64,000 nucleotides of DNA. It comes from an uncultured delta proteobacterium (GTDB taxonomy: Bacteria; Desulfobacterota; DSM-4660; Desulfatiglandales; HGW-15). The position numbers and the translations under genes were made by a program. Location of the stretch: the NCBI GenBank assembly GCA_963740905.1, contig CAVUFY010000013.1, positions 264,147 through 328,146 of the forward strand, given 5' to 3'. Below the pieces are notes generated by a model, which did no database searches, was not told where the DNA came from, and was given only the letters and a program-made list of their open reading frames with translations. Of this stretch, positions 1-8,817 are shown piece after piece. Position 1 is the stretch's first letter; each line of letters opens with the position of its first letter.

Positions 1-201
1 CCCGTGATCAACCTTCTGGCGGGGCAACCTCATGAAGAGATCGCCAAGTACGCGCTGGTGAACAACGTCGATCTGATTGTCCTGGGGGTGCGGGGACACG
101 GTCTTGTGGAAACCCTTTTCATCGGATCCACCACCGATCGGGTAATGCGCCGCGCCGAATGCCCGGTTTTATCGGTCCAGCATGCGATCAGCATCGCCTG
201 A
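1..201 (+). CDS. Universal stress protein (UspA family), C-terminal fragment running in from the left edge
   Basis: Translation ...VNNVDLIVLGVRGHGLVETLFIGSTTDRVMRRAECPVLSV matches the USP C-terminal ATP-binding region. There is no start codon in the window. Confidence 0.8.
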   Translation, partial: PVINLLAGQPHEEIAKYALVNNVDLIVLGVRGHGLVETLFIGSTTDRVMRRAECPVLSVQHAISIA

Positions 202-399
202 TACGCTGGTTTGCAGCGAACAGGAAATTTTTTCTTGTCTGAAACCTCCTTTTGAAATACAAACGAGGTTTAATTTGTAAAAGGACTCCCTCCTGCTTGG
301 GATTTCCGATTTGGGCACTACCATCCCGCGGTGAGGGAAAGGCACGGGTTTCTCACCATTGCAACGGGGCGCATAGCAGACCCGGCACCTTGCCCTTTC

Positions 400-966
400 A
401 TGTTCGGAGAAGATATGAAACTTGCTGAATCTCAAATCGAAGGCGCAGTCAAACTGGAATCGCCCCTCCTCTCCCACATTCAGCATTACGCTATGAAGAC
501 GAAATGGGCTGGAGCGAGGCTGCTCTTCATAGGTTGCACGGCTTTTGGTGTCATCACGGGGGTGGGCCTTTACCTCCTTGCTCCCCTGTTCAGCTACTGG
601 TTCTTCGGAAGTTTGCGTTTCTGGAAATATGCGGACATGGGACCTCGACTCGTTGTCTACGCGTATACCATGGCCTACCGTTACCTGAAAGGTGAATTCG
701 CGCCCGGGCTTTCTCTCGCCGCTCCTCCGATGAGCAAACCCGACCTGAGAATCGTCCAAATCAACCCGGCCTGGCAGAACGGAGATTCCTGCGCCGATTG
801 CGGCAAGTGTTGCAAGAGAATCGCCTGTCCTCTTCACGAAAGATCAAACGGATACTGCACAGGCTACGATGCTTTTTACTGGCGGTATTTCAACTGCGGC
901 CGCTATCCCTCCAATCAGAAGGAAATCGACTGGTATGAGTGCCCGAAGTGGATCATGAAACTCTAG
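400..966 (+). CDS. Hypothetical membrane protein with a Cys-rich C-terminus
   Basis: ORF 331..966. It has hydrophobic helices (WAGARLLFIGCTAFGVITGVGLYLLAPLF) and CADCGKCCKRIACPLHE...CTGY...CGRYP...CPKW. The start is uncertain (ATG at 400 or 415). The antisense ORF 169..837 looks like junk. Confidence 0.45.
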   Translation: MFGEDMKLAESQIEGAVKLESPLLSHIQHYAMKTKWAGARLLFIGCTAFGVITGVGLYLLAPLFSYWFFGSLRFWKYADMGPRLVVYAYTMAYRYLKGEFAPGLSLAAPPMSKPDLRIVQINPAWQNGDSCADCGKCCKRIACPLHERSNGYCTGYDAFYWRYFNCGRYPSNQKEIDWYECPKWIMKL

Positions 967-1195
967 CAGGTTGCTGAAAAACGCCCATCTCCCCGTCAAG
1001 CCGGGATCTGCGAGCGGTGTTGCCGTCATCCTGTTCAAGATCTCCGTGACCCGTGAAGTTGGAATTTCCCGAGTGCGGTGCTTCGTTCGGAATGCTTATG
1101 GTGCTCTCAAAACCGGCTGAGAGTCCCTGATTCATCGGGCAAGGGCTACTTGAGACCTGGAAGAATCAGCTATCCTTTGGGTAAAGGTATTTACG

Positions 1196-1951
1196 ATGAA
1201 AATTGCGGTAAGCGGTAAGGGAGGTGTCGGGAAGACAACGTTTGCTTCCTTTCTGATCAAGTCCTTCTCCGACGAGGGGAAAAAAGTTCTGGCCATCGAC
1301 GCGGACCCTGATGCCAACCTCGCTCAAGCCCTCGGGGTTGGAAAGGACGCCGAGATCGTGCCCATAGCGCAGATGAAGGACCTCATTGAGGAGCGCACGG
1401 AGACAAAGATGGGCAGCATGGGGTCCTTTTTTAAGCTTAACCCCAAAGTGGACGATCTGCCGGATAAGCTTTCCCTAAAGGTGAACGGCATCAGACTCAT
1501 GGTGCTGGGTGGCGTGAAGAAAGGCGGCGGAGGCTGCATCTGCCCCGAGAGCACCCTTTTGAAAAATCTCGTCCGCTACATCGTTCTGGCCAGAAACGAG
1601 GTGATTGTTCTGGACATGGAAGCCGGGCTGGAACATCTGGGAAGGGGAACGGCCATGGCCGTGGACAGGCTGATCGTGGTCGTGGAACCCGGAAGGCGCA
1701 GCCTTGAGACCGCACATCAGATTCGGAGGTTGGCAGAAGACATCGGTCTCAAGAAGCTGAGTCTCGTGGGCAACAAAATCCGTTCGGAAAAGGACCGCAC
1801 TTTCCTCTTCAACGAGATGCCTGATTTTCACTTCCTGGGCTTCATTCCCTTTGCGGCGAATATCATCGAGGCTGATCTCGAGGGACTCCCTCCTTTTGAA
1901 AAGGACCCGGAGGGTCTAAGGACGGTTAGGGAAATGATCAAGGATCTGTAA
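1196..1951 (+). CDS. CooC/AcsF-type MinD-family P-loop ATPase (metal-insertion accessory-like)
   Basis: N-terminal deviant Walker A MKIAVSGKGGVGKTT and the GGGCICPES Cys-x-Cys motif typical of CooC-type proteins. Confidence 0.75.
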   Translation: MKIAVSGKGGVGKTTFASFLIKSFSDEGKKVLAIDADPDANLAQALGVGKDAEIVPIAQMKDLIEERTETKMGSMGSFFKLNPKVDDLPDKLSLKVNGIRLMVLGGVKKGGGGCICPESTLLKNLVRYIVLARNEVIVLDMEAGLEHLGRGTAMAVDRLIVVVEPGRRSLETAHQIRRLAEDIGLKKLSLVGNKIRSEKDRTFLFNEMPDFHFLGFIPFAANIIEADLEGLPPFEKDPEGLRTVREMIKDL

Positions 1952-1962
1952 AGATCAAAAGA

Positions 1963-3081
1963 ATGAAACACATTGAGTCGAAAGGAGATGTGGCTGTGGC
2001 AAACAGAATCATCAATTTCAATCCGGGACCTGCGGCCCTGCCTCTACCTGTCTTGGAGCAGATTAAAGACGAACTTCTGGACTACCGGGGCACCGGCATG
2101 TCCATCATGGAAATCAGTCACCGATCCAAGGCTTTTGAGGAAGTGCTCAACCAGGCTGTGGAAAGAACCAAGAGGCTCCTCAAGTTAGGAGATGGTTTCC
2201 ACGTGGTCTTCATTCAGGGAGGGGCCAGTCTACAGTTCTGCATGGTTCCCATGAACCTCGCCCTGGAGGGGAAACCCGTGGAGTACATCAACACGGGCAC
2301 CTGGTCCACCAAGGCCATAAAGGAAGCCAAGATCTTGGGCAAGGATGTCCGGGTCATCGCTTCCTCGGAAGACAAGAACTTTTCCTACATTCCGAAGACT
2401 TTCCAGGTGGACGGAAGCGCCTCCTATCTGCACTTCACCTCCAATAATACAATCAAGGGCACCCAGTGGTCAGAATTTCCGAAAGCCGGCAGTGTTCCCC
2501 TCGTGTGCGACATGTCTTCAGACATCATGAGCCACTCGTTTGATCCTAAGCCCTTTGGACTAATCTACGCGGGCGCGCAGAAGAACGTCGGACCTGCCGG
2601 CACGGCTATGGTGATCATCCGCAAAGACATGCTCGAAAGGGTTCCTGCAACACTTCCCAGCATGCTCAAATACTCCACGTTCACAGGCGACAATTCCCTT
2701 TACAACACCCCCTCTTGTATCGTCATTTACACGATCAACCTGGTACTGACATGGTTGGAAGAAACCGTAGGCGGCCTGGAAAATATGGAGAAGGTTAACA
2801 ACGAAAAGGCGGATCTCCTCTACGGGTTCATGGACCGCTCCGGGTTCTACCGGGGCACGGCCGAGAAGGATAACCGTTCCCTGATGAACGTGACATTCAG
2901 GCTTCCCACTGAAGCGCTGGAAGCCAAATTCGTGGCCGAAGCGTCGAAGGCGGGTCTGGGAGGACTGAAGGGACACCGGTCGGTGGGCGGATGTCGGGCG
3001 TCCATCTACAATGCCATCGGGGTCGATGAGGTGAGGAAGCTGATCGACTTCATGGCTGATTTTCAGAAACGAGAGGGTTGA
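1963..3081 (+). CDS. serC: Phosphoserine aminotransferase
   Basis: [17 protein letters not shown]...[17 protein letters not shown] and full SerC-like length (372 aa). Confidence 0.9.
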   Translation: MKHIESKGDVAVANRIINFNPGPAALPLPVLEQIKDELLDYRGTGMSIMEISHRSKAFEEVLNQAVERTKRLLKLGDGFHVVFIQGGASLQFCMVPMNLALEGKPVEYINTGTWSTKAIKEAKILGKDVRVIASSEDKNFSYIPKTFQVDGSASYLHFTSNNTIKGTQWSEFPKAGSVPLVCDMSSDIMSHSFDPKPFGLIYAGAQKNVGPAGTAMVIIRKDMLERVPATLPSMLKYSTFTGDNSLYNTPSCIVIYTINLVLTWLEETVGGLENMEKVNNEKADLLYGFMDRSGFYRGTAEKDNRSLMNVTFRLPTEALEAKFVAEASKAGLGGLKGHRSVGGCRASIYNAIGVDEVRKLIDFMADFQKREG

Positions 3082-4475
3082 AGTTGAACAGGGCCAGAAT
3101 CGCTGGAATACTGGCCGGCCAGGAGATAGGAGCCCGTGTCACAGTAGCGGGATGGGTCAGGACCAAGCGAGAATCCAAAGGAGGCTTCACCTTCATCGAA
3201 CTCAACGACGGCTCCTGTTTGAGCAATCTCCAGGTGATAGCCGACGAGCGGCTGCAAAACTACCGTTACAAGATGCTCAAGGTGCAGACGGGCAGTGCAC
3301 TTCGCGTGTCGGGAACCCTGGTGGCCTCTCCCGGCAAAGGACAAGCGGTGGAACTCCGTGCAGAAGATGTGGAGGTCCTGGGAGGAGCCGATCCTGATGC
3401 CTATCCTCTTCAAAAGAAGCGCCATTCCTTTGAGTTCCTTCGAACCATCGCCCACCTCAGACCCAGGACCAATACTTTCGGGGCAGTGGCAAGGGTCAGG
3501 AATGCCATGAGCTTCGCCGTCCACCGGTTCTTCCAAGAGAGGAATTTCATCTTCATTCACACACCGATCATCACCGGGAGCGATTGCGAAGGAGCCGGAG
3601 CCATGTTCAAGGTCACAACCCTGGATTTGGAACGGATTCCTTTGGCCCAGGGTCGTCCGGATTTTTCCAAGGATTTCTTCAACACCGCTGCCAACCTGAC
3701 GGTCAGCGGTCAGCTTGAGGCTGAGGTGTACGCTCTGGCTCTGGGTGACGTTTACACTTTCGGTCCTACTTTCAGGGCGGAGAATTCTAACACTCCGAGA
3801 CACCTTGCCGAATTCTGGATGGTGGAGCCCGAGATGGCTTTCTGCGACCTGGACGACAACGCAGCGCTTGCCGTGGACTTCCTGGAGTATGTCTTTTCTT
3901 ATGTCCTGGAGCACTGCAAAGAGGACATGTATTTTTTCAGACGCTTCATCGATCCTACTTGCGTGGAGACGCTGGAAAAGCTGATATCCCAGGGCTTTGA
4001 ACGGATCACCTACACCGAGGCTGTTCAGCTTCTTTCCAAAGCGAAGGAGTCTTTTGAGTTTCCCGTCTCCTGGGGTAGCGACCTGCAGGCTGAACATGAG
4101 AGGTATCTATGTGAGAAGGTGTTTCAGAGGCCCGTCGTGCTCACCGATTATCCCAAAACCATCAAACCCTTTTATATGAAATTAAACAACGACGGCAAGA
4201 CCGTTCGCGCCGTGGATGTGCTGGTGCCTAAGATTGGAGAGATCATAGGCGGCAGCCAGCGTGAGGACGACTACGATACCCTTGTAGAGAGGATGAAAGA
4301 GCTCAATATTAATCCGGAGCCTTACTGGTGGTACTTGGAATTGAGGAAGTTCGGTTCGGCGCCCCATTCGGGCTTCGGTCTTGGGTTTGAAAGGCTTATC
4401 CAGTTCGTTACCGGCATCGCTAACATCCGTGATGTGATCCCCTTTCCGAGAACACCGGGGAACGTGAGTTTCTGA
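3078..4475 (+). CDS. asnS: Asparaginyl-tRNA synthetase
   Basis: Class IIb aaRS motifs [24 protein letters not shown] and GFGLGFERL. The TTG start overlaps the serC TGA stop (TTGA). Confidence 0.93.
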   Translation: MKLNRARIAGILAGQEIGARVTVAGWVRTKRESKGGFTFIELNDGSCLSNLQVIADERLQNYRYKMLKVQTGSALRVSGTLVASPGKGQAVELRAEDVEVLGGADPDAYPLQKKRHSFEFLRTIAHLRPRTNTFGAVARVRNAMSFAVHRFFQERNFIFIHTPIITGSDCEGAGAMFKVTTLDLERIPLAQGRPDFSKDFFNTAANLTVSGQLEAEVYALALGDVYTFGPTFRAENSNTPRHLAEFWMVEPEMAFCDLDDNAALAVDFLEYVFSYVLEHCKEDMYFFRRFIDPTCVETLEKLISQGFERITYTEAVQLLSKAKESFEFPVSWGSDLQAEHERYLCEKVFQRPVVLTDYPKTIKPFYMKLNNDGKTVRAVDVLVPKIGEIIGGSQREDDYDTLVERMKELNINPEPYWWYLELRKFGSAPHSGFGLGFERLIQFVTGIANIRDVIPFPRTPGNVSF

Positions 4476-4503
4476 CGCCCGTCGTGGACGGCAACGATGC
4501 TCC

Positions 4504-4794
4504 CTATCCTTCTGCCACGGCAAGGCCTACCAGACAGTGGCCCTTGAAGCGTCCCTGATCCTCTTTGGTAATATGACGGATTCGGGTGTCCATGAGCCTC
4601 GTGGGACAGAAGGTATCCCTGGTATAGTATTTCATTTTCATAGTGTCGCCCACTCTCAGTCGCTCGAGAATTTCAGAGCTCTGCTTCACGACCACAAACA
4701 TCGCCGCTTTTTCAGTGTTCCAGATCCGGAATTGGTGGGGATACTCGATGCCGTCAACGGCAACCTCCACGCTTTCCAGTTGATCGTAACCCAT
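4504..4794 (-). CDS. Small hypothetical protein (96 aa), possibly a PilZ-like beta-barrel lacking the c-di-GMP motifs
   Basis: The ORF has a strong SD (GGAGAGGGGGG) 7 nt upstream of the ATG and its own sigma54 promoter. It appears monocistronic and is convergent with asnS. Confidence 0.55.
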   Translation of the reverse strand: MGYDQLESVEVAVDGIEYPHQFRIWNTEKAAMFVVVKQSSEILERLRVGDTMKMKYYTRDTFCPTRLMDTRIRHITKEDQGRFKGHCLVGLAVAEG

Positions 4795-4837
4795 GACGTT
4801 TCCCCCCTCTCCAGGAAGAGATGCTTATCTTGCTCTG

Positions 4838-4853
4838 AGCAACAATTGTGCCA
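4838..4853 (-). promoter_or_regulatory. sigma54 (-24/-12) promoter
   Basis: The minus strand reads TGGCACAATTGTTGCT, a full match to TGGCAC-N5-TTGCW with correct GG/GC spacing. It lies about 45 nt upstream of the ATG at 4794. Confidence 0.6.
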
Positions 4854-4961
4854 TTAGCCGGGCCCCGCCGTGGAACCCGAGATCCGCCGTCTCTCCTGAA
4901 AAGGAGGGGGGAAAAAGCATTGAGAGAGTGACCTTTTCAGTGTATAGTTCCAATAACTTAG

Positions 4962-4975
4962 AGATTACGTAATCT
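4962..4975. promoter_or_regulatory. Perfect 14-bp palindrome AGATTACGTAATCT, candidate enhancer (UAS) site
   Basis: The palindrome is exact in the sequence. It sits about 110 bp upstream of the sigma54 promoter, the usual distance for an enhancer-binding-protein site. Confidence 0.35.
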
Positions 4976-5195
4976 TTTGAAGACCTTTCCCCCCTGGGAA
5001 GCATGGTGGTTGGCACATCTATTTGAACTTTCTCATCGACCTAGTCCAGAATGCTCACGGGGAGTCATGTGGAGAGAAGTATACGTTTTCCTTAATTTTG
5101 TAGAGTAAAACATCCACTCAGCGACAGAATCGCGGTTACTGACACTCGCAACTTTGATAGGAACGTAAAGAATGACGGCAAGGGTTATTTCCAGC

Positions 5196-5507
5196 TCACA
5201 CGTCGAGGGCAAAACGAATCGCCCGCCCCACATCAATCATTTTTGAAGGAGGCAAGGATGTGATCAGTGGCCCGATTTTCTTCTTTGAAACGGTCTGCAA
5301 GTGATCACAATTAACAGCGCACTCCTGGGGGAGGCCGTCGGCTTTTGAGAGAAATACCTCAGACGGAATATTTCGGATGGTAGTTGTGATAGGAGCGATA
5401 ATGACCCCTCCAAGATATTCCGAAACGGAATCTCGTGTCAGGATAAGAATCGGCCGTTTCTTGTCAGGCGGTAGGAACTTATACCAGCGTATTTCACCGC
5501 GTTTCAT
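5196..5507 (-). CDS. Type II toxin, MazF/PemK family endoribonuclease
   Basis: MKRGEIRWYKF...RPILILTRD...IIAPITTTIRNIPSEV...VNCDHLQTV is the typical PemK/MazF fold sequence. It overlaps the upstream antitoxin gene by 4 nt. Confidence 0.85.
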   Translation of the reverse strand: MKRGEIRWYKFLPPDKKRPILILTRDSVSEYLGGVIIAPITTTIRNIPSEVFLSKADGLPQECAVNCDHLQTVSKKKIGPLITSLPPSKMIDVGRAIRFALDV

Positions 5508-5737
5508 TCGTCACCCCAAGCCTGCTCCGTTTCCCAAACCGAAAACTCATCTGTAGCAACCGGATGTTGTTCATACCCCCGACGATGCTTTCGTTCCAGT
5601 TGCTCAAGGTTATAACGCGCAATGGCGTCACGGAGTGCCTTTCTTGCGAAAGCAGAACGGCTTGTGGATAGTTCCTTGGAAACGCGGTCGACCGCTTTCA
5701 CAAGGTCATCATCAAGGGTCATCTGGATGGTTCTCAT
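5504..5737 (-). CDS. Type II antitoxin, ribbon-helix-helix (CopG/MazE-like)
   Basis: MRTIQMTLDDDLVKAVDRVSKELSTSRSAFARKALRDAI is an RHH N-terminus. The start was chosen at MRTIQ; the ORF extends to 5752. Confidence 0.75.
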   Translation of the reverse strand: MRTIQMTLDDDLVKAVDRVSKELSTSRSAFARKALRDAIARYNLEQLERKHRRGYEQHPVATDEFSVWETEQAWGDE

Positions 5738-5753
5738 ATTGCACCTCTGCAAT
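5738..5753. promoter_or_regulatory. Inverted repeat ATTGCA-N4-TGCAAT abutting the antitoxin start (candidate TA operator)
   Basis: The repeat is read directly and lies immediately upstream of the start codon at 5737. Confidence 0.3.
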
Positions 5754-5950
5754 GTGGTATTTTATAGCTATGTTAATCCACGTTGAAAACACTGTCAAAT
5801 CCACTTTCGGTAAAACTTTCTCCGACTTGGGGGGTTCAGCGCTTTCTCGCTGGTACCTCAACGGTGTCTTTTTTCCTGCCTTGTATTGCAGATCCAGAGC
5901 GAACATCTTATGTCCGAAATGATATAAGTATTTAATATTACTATTATTTC

Positions 5951-5979
5951 TTGACTTAATCCGTCTCCCGCATTAATAA
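5951..5979 (+). promoter_or_regulatory. sigma70-type promoter candidate for AOR-1
   Basis: TTGACT, 17 nt, TAATAA, about 80 nt upstream of the ATG at 6058. Confidence 0.4.
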
Positions 5980-6057
5980 GTTAAAGAAATCGGTTCTCTG
6001 TTCTGAGGACGCGGTACATTTCAGTTCCTAGAAACAAACCTGGAAAGGAGGGTGTTC

Positions 6058-7800
6058 ATGGATAAGATACTTCGCGTCGATATGGGTGCGGAAGGCGGCC
6101 CCAAGGCAAAGGCCGTGGATGTTGGCGCCTATGCGGGCCTGGGTGGGCGAGCTCTCACCTCCGCTATCGTTTCCAAAGAAGTGCCTCCCCTGTGTCATCC
6201 TCTGGGCGAAGGAAACAAGCTGGTTATTGCTCCGGGGCTCTTAAGCGGCACAACCGCCGCCATGTCGGGCCGTCTCTCGGTGGGCTGCAAGAGCCCACTC
6301 ACCGGCGGAATCAAGGAGGCTAACGCAGGAGGCCAACCGTCGCAGATGCTTGCCAGACTGGGGTATGCGGCTATTGTTCTGGAAGGAAAACCGAAAGACG
6401 ACACCCTTTACAAGATACTCATTAACAAGGACGGCGCAAAAATCATTCCGGATAAGAGCCTCAGGATGCTGGGTAACTATGATCTGGTGGAAAGGTTAAA
6501 AAAGGAATACGGGGACAAAGTGGGTATCATTTCAATTGGGCCTGCCGGTGAAATGAAGATGTCAGCGGCTTCCATCGCTTGCACGGATATGGAAATGCGG
6601 CCCACCAGACACGCGGGACGAGGGGGCGTAGGAGCCGTCATGGGTGCCAAGCATGTAAAGGCCATCATCCTTGACGACACGGGCATGAAGATGCGTTCCC
6701 CTAAGGATCCCGAGACGTTCAAAGACGCCAGCAAGAAATGGGTGGAAGGACTCCGCAAGCACCCCGTAACGGGGCAGGGTCTGCCCGCTTACGGCACCAA
6801 TGTGCTCACCAACGTCATCAATGAGGCAGGCGGCTATCCGACCCATAACTTCATGTGGGGCCGTTTCGAGGGATGCTCCAAGATCAGCGGGGAGACGCAG
6901 GCTGAGACGGAAAATGCAAGGGGCGGCGAAGGTTCCGCGACCCACGGCTGCCACCGCGGCTGTATCATCCGCTGCTCGGGCACATTCTATGATAAGGACG
7001 GTCACTACATGACCAAGCAGCCTGAATACGAGACCGTGTGGGCTCACGGCGGCAACTGCGGGATTGATGATCTTGACGCCATTGCCACGTTGGATCGCAT
7101 GGATGACGATTTCGGACTTGACACCATTGAGATGGGCGCCACCATCGCCGTGGCAATGGATGCGGGACTGGCCAAGTTCGGAGATGCACAGGCTGCCATT
7201 AATCTACTCAAAGAGGTGGGCAAGGGAAGTCCGCTCGGTCGTATTCTGGGTAACGGCGCAGCGGTCACGGGCAGAGTGTTCGGGGTGGAAAGAGTCCCCG
7301 TGGTCAAGGGACAATCCATGCCCGCTTACGATCCCCGGGCCGTCCAGGGTATCGGCGTCACTTATGCTACGAGCCCGATGGGTGCCGATCATACCGCCGG
7401 TTACGCGGTGGCAACCAACATCCTGGGAGTGGGCGGCAAGGTTGACCCGTTGAAACCCGAGGGCCAGGCCGAGTTGTCGAGAAACCTGCAGATCGCCACG
7501 GCCGCTATCGATTCTACAGGCATGTGCCTGTTCATCGCCTTTGCGGTAATGGACCAGCCCGAAACCTTTCAGGCTTTGATTGATCTGATCAATTCTTTCT
7601 ACGGTCTCAAGCTGGCTGCGGAGGATGTGACCGCGCTTGGGAAGTCCGTACTGAAAAATGAGAGGGATTTCAACAAGCGGGCCGGTCTCACTGATGAGCA
7701 GGACCGGTTGCCCGAGTTCTTCAAAAAAGAGGCTCTGTCTCCTCATAACATCACCTTCACGGTAACAGACAAGGATCTGGATTCCGTTTTCAACTGGTAA
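6058..7800 (+). CDS. aor: Tungsten-type aldehyde:ferredoxin oxidoreductase (AOR family), copy 1
   Basis: MDKILRVDMG...GLGGRALTSAIV...LVIAPGLLSGT... and C-terminal AOR domains. AAGGAGG lies 6 nt upstream of the ATG at 6058. Confidence 0.92.
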   Translation: MDKILRVDMGAEGGPKAKAVDVGAYAGLGGRALTSAIVSKEVPPLCHPLGEGNKLVIAPGLLSGTTAAMSGRLSVGCKSPLTGGIKEANAGGQPSQMLARLGYAAIVLEGKPKDDTLYKILINKDGAKIIPDKSLRMLGNYDLVERLKKEYGDKVGIISIGPAGEMKMSAASIACTDMEMRPTRHAGRGGVGAVMGAKHVKAIILDDTGMKMRSPKDPETFKDASKKWVEGLRKHPVTGQGLPAYGTNVLTNVINEAGGYPTHNFMWGRFEGCSKISGETQAETENARGGEGSATHGCHRGCIIRCSGTFYDKDGHYMTKQPEYETVWAHGGNCGIDDLDAIATLDRMDDDFGLDTIEMGATIAVAMDAGLAKFGDAQAAINLLKEVGKGSPLGRILGNGAAVTGRVFGVERVPVVKGQSMPAYDPRAVQGIGVTYATSPMGADHTAGYAVATNILGVGGKVDPLKPEGQAELSRNLQIATAAIDSTGMCLFIAFAVMDQPETFQALIDLINSFYGLKLAAEDVTALGKSVLKNERDFNKRAGLTDEQDRLPEFFKKEALSPHNITFTVTDKDLDSVFNW

Positions 7801-7817
7801 TCGGTATTTTTCTTTTT

Positions 7818-7847
7818 GGGAGATCTCCATGGAGATCTCCTTTTTTT
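7818..7847 (+). terminator. Rho-independent terminator after AOR-1
   Basis: GGGAGATCTCCATGGAGATCTCC followed by TTTTTTT. Confidence 0.8.
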
Positions 7848-7935
7848 CGCCAGGTCGGGATCTTGAGATCATCGCTCGGGAAAGAGAATCATGATCCTAT
7901 CGGAAGAAATAAACTGAATCATCCTTTTGAGGCTA

Positions 7936-8565
7936 ATGATGGGAAAGGATAGAGAAGCAGAAGGTGAGGGCGTAAGAGCTGAACCGGACCTTCTGATGGT
8001 CGTTTGTCAAGATCGGTTGTCTGCCTTTCAGGACCTTCTTCAAAGAGGCGTATGGGTAAAGGCGTTGATCGGTTCCACGGTTCAGTCTTTCCTCTGTGAC
8101 GGCCTGGGGATGGATCCACATTACGTGGATGAGAGAATTCAGACTGTGTTCTTGAATGGAAAAGCCGTTGACGATCCTTCCTCCGCCGTGATAACGGACC
8201 ACTCCACCATCGCTCTGTCCGCGGCCATGCCGGGACTCCTCGGGGCAACGTTGAGAAAGGGAAGCTATTATTCCAGAATGCGCAGCGAAATCTCTTACAG
8301 GGCACAAGAGGGAGTTCGGCCCCATGAAGGGTGGATTCTCCTGAAACTGTTCAACCTTCTTCCGCGGGAGATAGGTCCCCTGGTGCTACAGAAAGGTGCG
8401 AGGGTGAAAGGGAAGGACATCCAAGATTTTCTCGGAAAAAGGTCATCTTTTTTCTGGCAGGGTTGTATGGATGTGAGACTGAAGGGAAAGAAGGTGGACC
8501 CTGGCATGCTTGTCGATATGAAATGGCCGGAACAGGACGTCTTCCTCAGAGTCCAGGTAGCATAA
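7936..8565 (+). CDS. Hypothetical protein (about 209 aa) in the AOR-1 locus
   Basis: ORF 7927..8565, with the first ATG at 7936. I recognised no family. The segment IQTVFLNGKAVDDPSS is faintly beta-grasp-like. The antisense ORFs are Pro/Arg-rich junk. Confidence 0.5.
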   Translation: MMGKDREAEGEGVRAEPDLLMVVCQDRLSAFQDLLQRGVWVKALIGSTVQSFLCDGLGMDPHYVDERIQTVFLNGKAVDDPSSAVITDHSTIALSAAMPGLLGATLRKGSYYSRMRSEISYRAQEGVRPHEGWILLKLFNLLPREIGPLVLQKGARVKGKDIQDFLGKRSSFFWQGCMDVRLKGKKVDPGMLVDMKWPEQDVFLRVQVA

Positions 8566-8802
8566 TCATCCGCCGGCGACGGGCGGGAAAACTCCTATTC
8601 TGTCCCCTTCACGGAGCACTTCATCTCCTGTCGCTTGGACGCCGTTGAGAAAGACCACTTTTACGGCTTCCAGAGGGACCTTCATCGCCTCCAGAAGCTC
8701 TCTCACCGTGATCCCCACATTCGCCTCCACCGTCGGTGAACCCCTCCACTGCTCCGGCATGAAACGGGAAAGCGAGGCATAGAGTCTCAATTGTATTTTC
8801 AT
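8566..8802 (-). CDS. MoaD/ThiS-family sulfur-carrier protein (ends in Gly-Gly)
   Basis: 78 aa with C-terminal ...GDRIGVFPPVAGG. Confidence 0.75.
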   Translation of the reverse strand: MKIQLRLYASLSRFMPEQWRGSPTVEANVGITVRELLEAMKVPLEAVKVVFLNGVQATGDEVLREGDRIGVFPPVAGG

Positions 8803-8817
8803 GAAAGATCAATAACC

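Noticed and set aside
169-837. 222-aa minus-strand ORF overlapping the hypothetical membrane protein gene.
   Set aside because: The sequence looks like junk and has no SD or motifs. The plus-strand frame has TM helices and an ordered Cys-rich tail. Neither call is strong.
3063-4097. Very long antisense ORFs opposite real genes. Examples are 344 aa opposite asnS, 358 aa at 34843-35919 opposite AOR-2, 309 aa at 47547-48476 opposite fabG/rpmF, 269 aa at 11126-11935 opposite the sigma54 regulator, and 222 aa at 7204-7872 opposite AOR-1.
   Set aside because: Their translations are Arg/Pro/Ser/Gly-rich and low in complexity, with no motifs. The opposite strand encodes unmistakable conserved proteins. 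These are typical shadow ORFs of GC-rich coding DNA.
4504-4794. Calling the 96-aa protein, and the C-terminus of the protein at 51495-52400, PilZ c-di-GMP receptors.
   Set aside because: Neither contains intact RxxxR and (D/N)xSxxG motifs. Only a vague beta-barrel-like pattern is present, so both are left as hypothetical.
5006-5021. TGGCACATCTATTTGA, a second sigma54-like hexamer near the orphan gene.
   Set aside because: It lacks the -12 GC dinucleotide, and it is on the plus strand pointing at no gene.
5760-6057. Moco/Tuco riboswitch upstream of AOR-1, and likewise at 33645-33784 upstream of AOR-2.
   Set aside because: The leaders are short (about 70 and 140 nt). They lack the conserved CCGAGCC element. 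Only the generic GGAAAGGAG Shine-Dalgarno resembles the motif's 3' end.
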